Of a DNA stretch of 64,000 nucleotides, positions 37,713-50,385 are shown one piece after another. Under the pieces are notes generated by a model, which saw only the letters and a list, made by a program, of their open reading frames with translations, searched no databases and was not told the DNA's origin. This DNA comes from Mobula hypostoma (taxonomy: Eukaryota). The DNA lies in NCBI RefSeq assembly GCF_963921235.1, contig NC_086097.1, forward strand, positions 224,194,001 through 224,258,000. The letters are read 5' to 3'. The number at the start of each line of letters is the position of its first letter. The first letter of the stretch is position 1. Position numbers and translations under genes: made by a program.

Positions 37713-39649
37713 AATGACGTGCTCCGGTCTTAATGTCAAGCTGGAGAAGTCTGAATTTCACGCGACGACCATTTCATTTTTGGATTTCATTATCTCCAAT
37801 GGCAATCTCAGGATAGACCCTATCAAGACCTAGACAGTCAGAGACTGGCCACCACCATCTAGTGTCAAACAAGTCCAACGATTCCCGGGGTTTGCAAACT
37901 TTTACTGGAAGTTCATCAGGAATATCAGCTAAGTGGTAGCTCTGCTGATGGTGCTAACTAAGAAATCCATGGGCCATTTTGTCTGGACTACTGAAGCGGA
38001 GGCTGCTTTTACAGAGCTTAAGCAGTGGTTCAAATCAGCTCCCATCTTGGTTTCTCCTAACCCGGAGCTTCCTTTCATTGTGGAGGTGATGAATATCTCA
38101 GATACTGTAGTGGGTGCAGCGTTGTCTCAATAGTCACCTTTGGATGGTAAACTGCACCCATGAGCATTCTTCTCCAGGTGGCTATCCCCAGCATAGAGAA
38201 ACTACGACAATCAGGAATTGTGAAGTTCTTGTGGTTAAGTTAGCTTCGGAGGAATGTCATCACTGGCTAAAGGGGACCGAGAACCCTTTTATCATTTGGA
38301 CTGACCACAACTATCTGGTTTATATTCAGGAGATCAAGAGATTGAATAACAGGCAGGCCAGGTGGTCTTTGTTCTTTAACCACTTTAATCCTGACCTATT
38401 GACAGGGATCAAAGAACCAGAAGCCACATGCCCTATTAGTTTGACGAACTCGAATGAGAGGAGCAGGCTACCACCATTTTCTCCTAAGGCAAGGTGGTAG
38501 CGCCATTTCATTGGGGAATCAACACTCTTGTTCGCAAGGCCCAAGCACAATGGGAGAGTCCTAAGAACGGACCTCCAGGTTGGCTGTATGTTCCAAGTTT
38601 TGTCGGGTCCCAGATCCTCCAATGGGGACATTTTTTGAGAATGACCGCTCACCCAGGGATTGCCAGGACTCTCAAGTTTATCAAGAGGAGGTATTGGTGG
38701 TCCAAAATGATGAAAGAGCTTCATGTGCAGGCATGTGAGGTTGGTGCATGGAACAAGGCGATCTGTAACTGACCTGAAGGGTTCCTCCATCCCCTACCTG
38801 TTCCAGAAAGACCATGGGCGCACATCTCCATGGACTTTGCGACGGGTCTTCTGCCATCAGGCAGACTGTCATCAGGGTAATTATTGATTAGTTTTTCAAA
38901 ACCTGCAAGTTTATTGCCTTGGATAAACTACCGTCTGCGGTGGAGATGGCTAAAATTGTCCTGGATCAGGTTTTCAGGATCCATGGATTCCCGGTGGACA
39001 TTGTCTTGGATCCAATTCGCATCACATTTCCGGAGGGCATTCTGCAAGCTGACTGGGGCAACAGTAAGTCTTTCCTTTGGAGTTTCTTCCACAGACCAAT
39101 AGCCAGACAGAGTAGACCAACCAAGATTTGGAAGGAATCCTCAGAAAAGCCTGTAGAGTGGTGTGACCATTTGATGTGGGCAGAGGTTACCTACAACACT
39201 TCACAGCGTTCGGCGCATGGGATGTCACCGTTCGAGTGCCAATTTGGTTATCCTCAGTCACTCTTTCTGGAATAGGAGGCCGAGGTTACCATTCCTGCGG
39301 CCAAAGATCTCATCCAACACAGCAAGCAGAAATGGACTAGGGCATGGGAGATCTTGCTGGCCTCTACTTGGAAGGCGGAGATCAAGGCGAATTGGAGGAG
39401 AACGCATGGACCCATTTGCAGCCTGGGCAACAGGTCTGGCTGTCCACTCATGACTTGCCTCTCCGGGTGGAGTCTAAAAAGTTGGCACCCAAGTTGACTG
39501 GACCCTTCAAAGTCCTGAGGGAAATATACTCGGTGGCTTACACCTTGCAGCTCCCCAAGACCCAAAAGATCACTTCCACCTTCCCTACCTCTAAATTAAA
39601 ACCTGTCAACACCAGACCTTTAGCCCCACCACCACCCAGATTTATCAAT

Positions 39650-39810
39650 GGGGAACAGATCATCATGGTGAGAAGACTTCTGGACTCATGAACTGTTCGA
39701 TGTATTCAGCTATACCTTGTGGGCTGGGAAGGATTCAGACCCGAGGAGAGGTGCTGGGTGCCTGAAGGAGACATCTTGGATTCGGTTCTCATCCACAACT
39801 ACCATTATCG
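39650..39810 (+). pseudogene. integrase C-terminal chromodomain remnant
   Basis: MVRRLLDS...YLVGWEGFRPEERCWVPEGDILDSVLIHNYH. Confidence 0.8.
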
Positions 39811-40053
39811 TCTCTCCAAGCAGCCAGGGTCATCAGGAGTTGGCTGTAGGGGAGGGGACCGTATTACTAGACGCACCCAACTATGCCAGCTTCTGGGGTC
39901 TAGAGGCTCTAACTCTCTGGAGTATCTTTAAGGGTTCTGGACCATCCCGCTAATTGGAAATCACATTTTGGGCACCAAGAATTGAGTATTTAAAGAGCAC
40001 TCGATGGAGCATCAGTACTCAGTTGTAAGCCCAACCAGAGTTATCACCTCCCG

Positions 40054-42908
40054 CAGTGTTTCCCAAACCTTTTTAGCCCAACGGCCCCCTAAAAATGTCA
40101 TACTTGCCAACACCTGTGTAAAACACCTTCATACCTGCCCCTCTTAGGCACAATATACTTTCTGCTACCCCCATAGTGTAAAACATGTCAATCATATGCT
40201 GTAATATGAGAAAAATGATTCTGCTTTAAATTTTTATTTGTCTTTAAACCTAGCTTACACAGTACCTGTGTGCTGTACAGTAGTTTCAATATCAATGTGA
40301 TGCTTGAACTTCAAGGCTTTTGCTGTCGCAACTTGAACCAGATATTTCAACTCTAGTTAAAAACCATCAAGTCCCCACACGTAACAATGTCTAAGTGGTT
40401 TCTGTTTTTTCTGAGTATGTGGCTCATTTCAACAAGGTAGGAGGATGGAAGTGCAACGAAGCACAGTTTGGCTCTTCTCCAAAGACCAGGAAACTTCATA
40501 TGACAGTGTAGTCACGTACCACAAATGCCAACATTTTTGAAAAGCATTTTTGCTTTTTCATCATTCTGAATTTTGATAAGTTCTTCAAGCAAGCTCCTTT
40601 CCTGTTCTTCCACTTTGCAAAGAAATGGGTTACTTACCCAGTCTGGAATTTCCAGATTGTTCAAATCCTTGAATCGATTCTGAAAATCATTCTTCAGTAA
40701 CTGCAGGTGTAATCAGTACTCTTGCAAATCACTGTCTGTGAAAGAGAGTGCCATACTTCCAATGCAGGGAACTTGTGAGAACATTCTTCTCCCAATGTTC
40801 AATTATATATTTCCAATTTTCCAATAAAAGTGGACACTGCACTTATTGCCTGGATTAAATTAAAATGCTCATCCTGCAGTTTCATGTTTAGTATGTTCAT
40901 TTTGTTATACAGATTGGCTAGGTAAGCCACATTTCCACATCTTCAATCTTGTTTCCCAAGCTCTTGTCGACGTTGAGCAAAAATTCAACCACAGTGTCAA
41001 AAAGATCAACAAAATGTTTTAAGCAGCAACTTTTTGACAGCCAATGCACTTCAGTGTGAAGAAGCAAGCGTTCAATCTCTTCATTATTATTTTGACATAA
41101 CTGGTGAAATATTCTGCTATTTAATGGATGAGCTTTAATTTTGTAGATGGCAGGTATTACTAGAATCATGCTTGAAAAAAGTCGCTGGCTGAGGTTTTTG
41201 GCTGTGAGATGTTGACTAAGAATTACACAATGGATTGCAGCAGACTCGGAATTTCTTTTTTCATAAATGCCACTAAACCAGCATGGCAACCCGTCATATA
41301 TGGTGCTCCTTTTGTTGCATAAGAAATCATGTTCCTAGCACAAGAAATCATTTTCCTAATCGGAATACTTTAATCCTCAGTATATATTTTGAGCTCATTG
41401 CAGACTGATTCTCTGTTGCTATTTGTTTTTAACTTTTTACAATAATCTCTTCTTAATCATTTCCATTTTTAATAAACTGTACATATGCCATTAGCAATGC
41501 CTTATTGTGTCGTACAGTTGACTCATCTAGTTGTATCCCAAATTCTGTTTTTTGTAGCTCTGTGCATAGTTGGTACTCAATGTCTTCACTCATTTCATCA
41601 TTACGATGAGCTAGAGTTATTACTCAGAGGAATTGATTTTAAAATACGAGTTTCCACTTTGAGAACAGTGGTGGGCATTTCTTTTACAACTGAGAGTATT
41701 AATCTTTCACCAATTGTATGAGATTTTCCACAATTTGCTATCATTTTGGAAATGTTATAAGATGTAATGAGACCACTATCTAGGTCATTTTTAGCTTTCT
41801 TGGCAAATGACTCGAATGTACAACTCTTTTCGAATGCTTCTTTCATCTTCTGGAACTGAGTAATACCATAAGTAGCCTTTTCAGGGTGTCTTTTATGGAA
41901 GTGTTCCTGCAATCTTGATGGTTTCATGGCTTCATTAGATAGTCCAGTATTACAAATAAGACACATGGAGTGTCACTGATCTGATGGGAATGGAATAAAA
42001 CCAGACTCCAGGTATGCAACATTGTATTGACACACTTTCCGTAGTTTCTGCTTCTTAGCAGGATTAGGATTCAAGGCTTCACCACCTTCAGACTCATAGA
42101 GATCGTGCCGTACATATTTGTCCATCATTAACGAGGCTGAATTAAAATAAAAAATTAACACAAACTGGAAATGCCCATTGGATGTTAACGACAGCAACGA
42201 GTTGACACGGATGGAACGATGGTATGGCATGCAAAGGAATAGCGAGGTGAAGATGAAGATGATCACAACAGCAGAAATTATGTTAACAAGGATTCAGATT
42301 GGAATCTGAATGTTAGTTGGAACTGGGCTGGTGTTCGGCAAGCCACCTTTATACTATTCCAGTTAGTGTGATTGACCAATCAAGTAAGGTCTCATAATCC
42401 CTAAAGATAGATCCAGCACAGATGAAGCCAAGGCTGCTTTGAACACCTCAAGAGGAATCCTTGGCATTGGCAGGTTCACTGATTGGCTCTATTTCAGTAT
42501 CTGGTTCTGGCCAGTGCTGTATTGTTGCACGACCTGTTTTCCATAGGTCTGTAGAGAAAGCTGAGAGGGTGTACTTGACTTACCAACTGTTAAATTGTAT
42601 GAACTCGTTTCGTGCTGCAAGTCAAGGGGAACTGTTGGGCACCCTAGCTGCTAATACATGCACACCCAGTAATGACTGTTTGGTCGGTAAGGTCGGAAGA
42701 GACTGCTGAGTTTCGGACCCGTTGTGACGACGAGTGTGGAAGTGCCTGCTCTGCTAACGGTTGGTTAGGTCTTCTGCCTTGAGTTAGGGGTGCTGCTTAC
42801 CGTGGCCACCCCCCCCCCCCAAGAATCTTGAATGCCCCCGCCCCCAACGACTCCTATTTTCCCTAATGCCCCCTTAGGACACACAACTGCCCCTATTGGG
42901 AATTATCG
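40054..42908 (-). mobile_element. hAT (Buster/Charlie, ZBED5/SCAND3-like) DNA transposon, decayed, inserted in the Gypsy 3' LTR
   Basis: TIR CAGTGTTTCCCAAA at 40054 and degenerate ATTGGGAATTATCG at 42895-42908. BED finger CLIC..MKPSRLQEHFHKRH; LLLHTEVHWLSK; LPSSYLVE. Confidence 0.9.
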
Positions 42909-43051
42909 GTCTGGTGTTTTGTTTTGTGCTCAGTTCTCAATTCAGTTTTATTTTGTGTCTCAATCCTAGCCTTGGAGACTCCAGCATTTGGGTCCAAACC
43001 ATCCTCATCAGGGACTCTCATCACAAGAAAGGTAATGGGAGAAATGATCAG

Positions 43052-43495
43052 GTCAACACAGAAAACGCTGGAGGAACTCAGGAGGCCAGGCATCATCTAA
43101 TAGAGTAAACAGTCGACGTTTTGGGCCGAGACACTTCTTCCGGACTGGAAAGGAAGGGGAGAAGTCAGAGTAAGAAGGTGGGTGGAGGGGAGGAAGAAGT
43201 ACAAGGTGGCAGGTGATAGGTGAAACCGGAAAAAGGGGCGGGGGTGAAGTAAAGAGATGGGAAGTTGATTGGTGAAAGAGATAAAGGGCTGGAGAAGAGG
43301 GATTCTGATAGGAGAGGACAGAAAGCCATGGAAGAAAGGGAGGGGGACGAACACCAGAGGGAGGTGATGGGCAGGTAAGGAGATAAGTTGAGAGAGTGAA
43401 ATGAGAATGAGGAATGGTGAAGTGGGGGGTAATTAGTGGAATTTTCAGAAATTGATGTTCATGTCATCAGGTTGGAGGCTACCCAGATGTAATAT
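43052..43495 (-). mobile_element. Penelope-like 3' end
   Basis: Minus HLGSLQPDDMNINF; degenerate hammerhead at 43110-43147. Confidence 0.85.
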
Positions 43496-45179
43496 CTGTT
43501 TTACTGATGTTGTTTGAACTATAAATGTCAGACAAGCCACCTAACAAAGTTTCCCACCACTCTGTAGATGGTGATATGGGACCTTGTCCATCATTGGAAT
43601 AGGAGGGGTTTTGGTTTGATGTCTCATCAAGCAGTTTCCTTCAGTACACCACTGATGAGTGACTCCAGAGTACGTAGTTGGGCCTCGGGAATGGTACTTC
43701 AACCAACAGCCACAGAGGTGTGAATGCTGCCATCAAGCCAAGATCGATTGCATCTGAATGTCAGTTTAATCATGTTCTCTAACTGAAGTATTTCACTAGA
43801 CTTGTTTTAGTGTTGTTTTATTACCATGTCAAAATATTGGTAGAGGTTGCTTCCAATAAAAACATTGATGGTTGTGAAATTGAGATGTTTCTCCTGTCGC
43901 TAAGCCTGGGGTTTTCTGTCTCACTGCAGACTTCTAGCTATAAATCCCCAGGCTTCATATTCCTGAGTGGTTGGTTGACCATTCTAGGTCAAGCACTTCA
44001 TCAGTCATTTTGAATGCTAGAATGATGCCTTTTTCCAATAAATGAATCCAATGCAAGCAAAATGGAATATCAGGATTCAGCAGTGTGATAACCCTTCCTG
44101 TGGTCTTCCAGTTCTCAGAGTACTTTACTTCCAAATGTCCAGGAATGTATATCTATTTGTTCAGAAGACCACAACATGTTGATGCTGACAGCTCATTATA
44201 ATGTATAATTAGTCAGATATGCAGTTGGTTCTTATTACCTGTGTTGCAGACAGGTCACATGCCTTTTTCAGGAGGAGGGGAAAAAAGCTCTTGAGCGTTC
44301 CAAGCACTGAAGGAGATGCTGCATATTGCTTCCAGACAGCTGGAAAGGGTTGTGAGTATCCAAAACTGTCTGGAATACACACAGCGAGACTTCTATCTTC
44401 TCAGAGGTAGGTTGGAAAGTCTGGTTGATCCTGCTGCCAGGATGAGGGAGATCTTGTAATAGATTTGGGGGCGGGGGGGGGGAATAATTGCTTTGGCTTT
44501 TGAGCCAGTGTTGAGAGGTTTTTCAGAGCTACGTCACCCTGGTGGTGCTTCAGGCGCACTGAGGCTTTGACCAAGGAGAACAGATTTTTCTCCCTGTGAG
44601 AAGGATCTCCCTCCGAGCTTGATGGCACACTGCTCGCCTGCCACTTGTTGCTCCTGCACGTTCCTTGGCAATGCACAGCCAGCTGGACCAGACCATCCCC
44701 ACGGACAGCAGGTGGTACAGCAGCGAGGAGCTGGGCTTTCAAGACCACAAGCGAAGAGGTGTTGTTACTGCAGCTTCCTGCAGCCTACTGATGCAAAAGC
44801 CAACAACGTTGCTGTTCTTAACAGCTAGACACAACCCTCCTAGGACAATGCCAAAGATAGAGCTCTTGAATGAGATTGCATTCTGGAATCTCCTCACAAC
44901 AGTGAGTCAAAAGTCAGGATTCCAACAACATGAATGCACAAAAAGAGTATGATCAGGACCAAAAGATAAACTTCATATACATGCCTAATAAAGTGTCTTG
45001 AAAGCAACAATATTGTTAGAAATCATAATCCCTACCCTTTGCAGTTCTGTACACCTAGAATTTTAAAGGTTAATAAGTAACCTAAAAATGATCTTTTCTA
45101 TGTACAGAGTGAATAATCTCATAAATAGGAATGCACATGATCTTTACTGCCTATAGATTCCACAAACTAGCGAGCAAGT

Positions 45180-45313
45180 TCTTCAGTCCTGAAGAAGAGT
45201 CTCGGTTGACTGTTCACTCTTCTCCATAGATGCTGCCCGACCTGCTGAGTTTCTCCAGTGTTCTGTGTGCGTTGCTTTGGATTTCCAGCATCCGCAGACT
45301 TTCTCGTGTTTGT
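45180..45313 (+). mobile_element. Penelope-like terminal fragment
   Basis: CAGTCCTGAAGAAGAGTCTCGG..TTGACTG...gatgctgcccgacctgctgagtttctccag. Confidence 0.75.
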
Positions 45314-45461
45314 CTTCAGATGGGATGTCAGGCATTGCGGGAGGCCAATTTCACAATGAGCTTGAAGTCGCACAGAAAAACAGCCAGAGTTGGGAATGCT
45401 CCCAGTCTGAAACTTCAAGACTCACGGAATCCATGGAATAAAAGAAACACTTGGTATCAGG

Positions 45462-45865
45462 GATGGGCATCGTGTAGCATAGTGGTTAACGCCAGCTGTA
45501 AGATCAGGGTTTGATTCCTGCCACTGTCTATAATGAGTTTGCATATTCTCCCTATGACCGCATGGGTTTCCCCTGAGTGCTCTATATTCTTTCCACATTC
45601 TAAACATGTACATTTATGGTTAGTGAGTTGTGGGCATGCTACGTTGGGCACTAGAAGCCTGGCAACACTTGCAGGATGCATAGCACAATCCTCACTGCTT
45701 TGATTTGATGCAAACACTGTATCACAAACAAAATGCTGGGAGAACTCAGCAGGCCAGGCAGCATCAATGGGAAAAAGTACAGTCGATGTTTTGGGCCGAA
45801 ACCGTTCAACAGGATTGCATTTTACTGTATGTTCTGATGTGCAAGTTACAAGTAAAGCTAAGATA
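45462..45865 (+). mobile_element. V-SINE of a second subfamily, interrupted by a Penelope fragment (45722-45815)
   Basis: A box TAGCATAGTGG, B box GGTTTGATTCC, degenerate V-core. Tail differs from the 14741 copy. Confidence 0.75.
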
Positions 45866-46134
45866 ATTTAAAGTGAGAGCATCCATTTCATGGCTGACTA
45901 AAATTTGTTCTGCGATTCTTGTTTCCTCATGCCAAAGGATCCCAAATAAATAATTAGGTTACTACCTGTCAGAGTGGTCGTTCCTGTTGCCAATTTCCAG
46001 AAAGGTTTGGAAATCATCATAGGAATGGAGCAGTGAAAGGGTCATTATGAGTTTCAGAATGCTTGCTTTCTGTTCCAATGGAGAACTTGGAAATTGGCCT
46101 CATCAACGTAGGATGTAAGTAGGTTGATAGAAGT

Positions 46135-46292
46135 AGATAGCTTGTATAGGTACATGGATAGTAGGGGTATGGGGGTCTATGGTCCCGGGGCAGGTCAATG
46201 GGAGTAGGCAGTTTAAGTGATTTGACATGAACTATATGGGTCTAAAAGTCTATTTTTCTGTGCTGTACTTTTCTATGACTTTGTGACTCTGT
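46135..46292 (+). mobile_element. CR1 3' UTR fragment
   Basis: Matches 28595-28740. Confidence 0.7.
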
Positions 46293-46779
46293 ATTTCCCT
46301 AAAATCTTCAACCTCCTTCCATTTCTTAATATTCCTCTAGTAATGTACAAGTACAGATCCACTTGGAAAGCATGGAAATTTCTATATTTGGTTCAGTGAA
46401 TATATACAGTGAAGGTAGATAATTCTCACTTCTCTTTCAGCACAAAATGGGAATGATAGCTCACTTTACAAGTGACTGAAATTAATTAAAATTTTGAGAT
46501 TCTTAGAAGTCAGTGTAGTACGTACATACATTACTTTCAACTTGATTAATTGTTACAGCCATTTATTGCACTGAAACAGAAGGGGAGGAGCTGGAAGTGA
46601 GCTGGGATATATCTAACTATTTTACAAGAAGCTGGATGATCTAATGAGGTGTACTGATGGCTGTCAAAGTTTTTGTGACCTCTTGAAATTAATTCAATTG
46701 TTTTGGAGAGGAGAATGTCGCTACATTTACTAAAATTATCTATGTTTCAACTTGCCTCAGGAGATGGTGGTTATGAGGT

Positions 46780-47018
46780 GAGAGAGTTAAGGAGTGTGTG
46801 AAAGAGAAAGTACTAAAGGCAGGGAAGGGAAATGAGAGATAGGGCTAAAGGGAAAGATAAAAAGAGGGACAGGAAAAGGGACTGATGAGATAGTGAGGAA
46901 GGGATAGAGAGTGTGAGGTAGAGAATGAAGGAGCTGGTTAGAAGAGGAGAGGGAGTGTGGGACAAGAGATATAGTTGTAGAAATAGACCAGTAAATGGAG
47001 AGGGAGATAGAAACAGAG
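46780..47018 (+). repeat. GA-rich low-complexity tract
   Basis: Purine-rich imperfect GA repeats, continuing after the solo LTR to about 47525. Confidence 0.7.
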
Positions 47019-47503
47019 TGTCAGGGCACTGGAGCAGGGATCCAATTGCAGACCCAGTACTGTGCACAGTGATATTAATTGAGTGACAGATCCTGAGGTG
47101 CAAACAAAGTCAGCATCAAAGTTCAGGCAGAGATAAAAACATCCAGAGAAATCCAAAAACCAAAATCAGGCAGAGTCAATATTCAGGCAGACAGAGTACA
47201 GATATGAATGCTGGAAAGGCTCAGGAAAATTCACTGGCACAATCTGGCAACAAACAGGTGAAAACACAGGACTGAAATACACTGAGCAATAAACAGAGAG
47301 GCAGACGATAGGTGGAGCACAATGAGACACAGGTGGCAGCAATACAGGTGACAATGAGAAACAGATGAGAGACGGAGTACTCAGTAATACGGGGCCGGAG
47401 TAAAGCAGGAGTGGGGACAGGAGCACATGGCAATACGAAATCACAGACTGATGGGCTAGGGGGAAACACACAAAAAGACAGAGTTCAACTGGACGTACTG
47501 ACA
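47019..47503 (-). mobile_element. solo LTR (Gypsy-type)
   Basis: TGTCAG...CTGACA termini with perfect 5-bp TSD CAGAG (47014-47018, 47504-47508). Confidence 0.9.
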
Positions 47504-48744
47504 CAGAGAGAAGGGGGAGAGGGTTGTGCGAACAGAAGTTGGATCAGATATTTAACCTCAGCTGCTTTGATTGAATGAAGAGACTTGTCTGTGTTTGGTC
47601 TGTGATCAGCCAACTGACCATTTTTGGGGCAACTCCCCCAGCATTGGACTGGTGAAAATTACTTTCTCTGTGGATCTGGAGCTCAGTTTCGATCTGGATC
47701 CAGTCCAAAGTTACCTCACGTTGGCCCAAAACTTATTGAGTTTCACTTTTATCGGTTTAACCAACTGGAGCATGTGGAGAGTGAGGGGTGTGCAATCTTG
47801 AAATGGATCTGATCCTACCAACAAGTTTATACTCTTTTCCCCAGGTTCCACCTTCCTCTTCTCTTCCAGGATCTTTTTCCAAAATCAATATTCCTTGTGA
47901 GGAACAAACGATTTCATAATGGGTCTCATGGTTGCCATGAACAGGGTGAGGGATATTGGGAATTTGCAAAGCGCTGGAACTTGAGGAATTCAGCAATCTA
48001 AGTACTAGAGATGGTCACAGAGTTAGGAAGGTGAAGCTCACTGAGAGATTTCAACAAGACGAGAATTTCAATTGCATCATTAAATGCTATTAAGCAAAGC
48101 AGAACACTTCTCTTGAACAATTCAAAAATATTGTTCAATAGTGAGATTAAAACAGCATTTTAAAGATTAGTTGATTTGCTGTTTGCTTATTGTTGCAATT
48201 GGCCCCCCTCTTCCTTCTGATAAACCATTCATGTAAAACATGTCCTCGGCATGTCCTCGACATGCAGGTATTAGGTTTCAGTGTGGGGAGAACTTTCTCT
48301 CTTCTCTTTCCTTTTAAATATCTTTTTATGGGAATAAGTTATGTGAAAGAAAACAAAGCTGGGAAATCAAGGAAATAAGGACATGTGGATGTGGGCCAGT
48401 AGACTAAGCCAGTATCAACAGGATTGGATCAGCACTAAGCTGCCAGAATAGAGCTTTTGTTATCCATGCTAAGCTGTTTAAAGAGGTTTCAAAGTTGGCA
48501 TGATTGTAGTTGCATCCCCTAACAAGTAAAGACACATTTTCCCGTATTTACTTTGATTGAGACAAACTTGTACAATCAGCATTGCTTTTCCTTGCATAGT
48601 TCAGAAAAGAACATACTGATTTTAAAAGAATAAATAAAAATGTTAAAATGGAATAATATGAAGCAACAGCAGAAATTTCAGATAGAACTGTTACTAGTAG
48701 ATTAATGACCATAATGGAAGTCAGATTTAAAGATAAAAAGAAAT

Positions 48745-48935
48745 TAAACATTAGCTTTATTTTTCACATGTACATTGAAGCGTTGACGCACACGGTGAAA
48801 TGCATTGTTTATGTCAATGACGAATACAGTCTGCAGATGTGCTGGGGACACTCCACAAGTGTTGCCAAGCCTCCAGCGCATGCCCACAATTTACTAACCC
48901 TAATCTGTACATCTTTGGAATGTGGGAGGAAACCT
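48745..48935 (-). mobile_element. V-SINE second-subfamily fragment
   Basis: Reverse complement of 45580-45860 (atgcccacaatttactaaccc..ctttggaatgtgggaggaaacc). Confidence 0.7.
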
Positions 48936-49505
48936 TCACTGCCACGGTGGGTGTTTGCACTAGGTTTGTGAGCATTGCGGGGTAAGGCAGCATTTACTTC
49001 CAACCTCAAAGTGCCGTTCAGAAGTCATAGATGACCTGCAACTGTGCTGCAGTTTGGGAGTTGGTTAAGGATGTCACTGGTGATCTTCTGGTGACAACAA
49101 AAATTGGAAATACAATTTAAAGTCAGGATAGTGTGTGGCCTGGAGGGGAACTTGAATGCACCTAATAAATGATAAAGGTCACAGTCAGATTTTGGAAATG
49201 GTTTAGGGAAAGACCTGGCAGGTTACAGTGGTTCATCTTGTAAATGGTACATGCTCTAGCCATGATGGGTATGCAAAGTTTTACTAAATAGATGGGGTGC
49301 CAATTACATAGACTGTTTTACCCTGGAGGATGTTGAACTTCTTACGGGATGCGGAGCTGTACCCATCCAAGCAAGTGGAAGGATTCCAACTGTAATGTTT
49401 CTAGACGTAATTTTTTCCAGATTGTAGTGTGACGGGGTCCTAAATTACCCCTATGAACTGTGCTTTTGAAAAGAGAGAGAGAGAGTTATTTAACACCGAC
49501 ATGTT

Positions 49506-50206
49506 TGTAGCCCCCCTGGCCAGCCTCAGGGTCACTCAGCTCGCTGTCGTCTAGGGAAACAGCCCTCGGCCCCGCCAAACTGGGTAATTAGTTTGTGTGG
49601 ATGCTGTGTGAGGTACCCCACCCCACCCAAATAACAGACAATACACCAGATACGATTAAATGATTTACAGTTTATAGATATTACTGGAACTTTATAATTA
49701 ATAGAGAATAAAATATGAAAGGAAAATAAAGGGCGCCACACTTATCAAGGTTCAATCTCTTCGTGCACAAACAGTTGGAGCTCAGGACCCTTCTTCTTCA
49801 CCCTGTGACCCCTCGGACCACCTAGACCCACCGTCTGGGACCAACAATTGTGGTCGACCAGACGCTCCACACGAGTCCGTCTCCGTCTCCTCTCTTTGCC
49901 GAACGCCCCGCTCGGGGTCCGACCCCGTTAGCGGACTCACAACACCTGGTCCACCCTCTGTCTCTCTCTCCCGCCTTCTGCCCCCAAACCCCACGCATAC
50001 AATATCTTACAGATACGCCAAAAACATAACAACTATCCCAATTGGTTCATAACATCTTCTTATCAGTAATGTGATTCAAACAACCTGCTAGCGGGAAGGA
50101 CTTTCTCAGCAGTTAACATAACCAAGAAGCCCTTTCAATTATAACATAACAAAGAAACCATTTTAATTAGACTACGCAGTGACTTAAAAGATAGAAACCC
50201 CTTACA
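49506..50206 (-). mobile_element. solo LTR (Gypsy; related to LTR 54491-55048)
   Basis: TGTA...TACA termini, perfect 4-bp TSD TGTT. Reverse complement shares aatc.tttaat..tgta.tg..tgttattt...cacagc.tccac.caaac with 54860-54960. Confidence 0.88.
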
Positions 50207-50385
50207 TGTTGTTTTGAAAAGAGAGAGAGGAAGAAAGAGAGAGAGAGAGAGGATGACTAACTTTTGGACTGTCACTTTGAGGCACTGAGAGTAACTTTTG
50301 GATTTCTGCTGAGTTGGAGAGACCGAACAGCTCATGTCGCTATGGTGACCAAGGGCGACGTTATTTGATGGACAATCGATGTTAT

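Larger units (their letters stand above)
32968..43025 (+). mobile_element. Gypsy LTR retrotransposon of the Sushi/chromovirus clade, decayed, with nested insertions
   Basis: 5' LTR about 32968-33287; 3' LTR 39860-40053 plus 42909-43025. gag KVAFRISLLTGRDLAWATAHWE and CYYCGATGH knuckle; [25 protein letters not shown]; RNase H FIIWTDH; IN; chromodomain; PPT AGGGGAGGGG near 39848. Confidence 0.92.

Noticed and set aside
40285..42266. Domesticated ZBED5/SCAND3 gene
   Set aside because: Multiple stops and frameshifts, TIRs present, inserted in an LTR.
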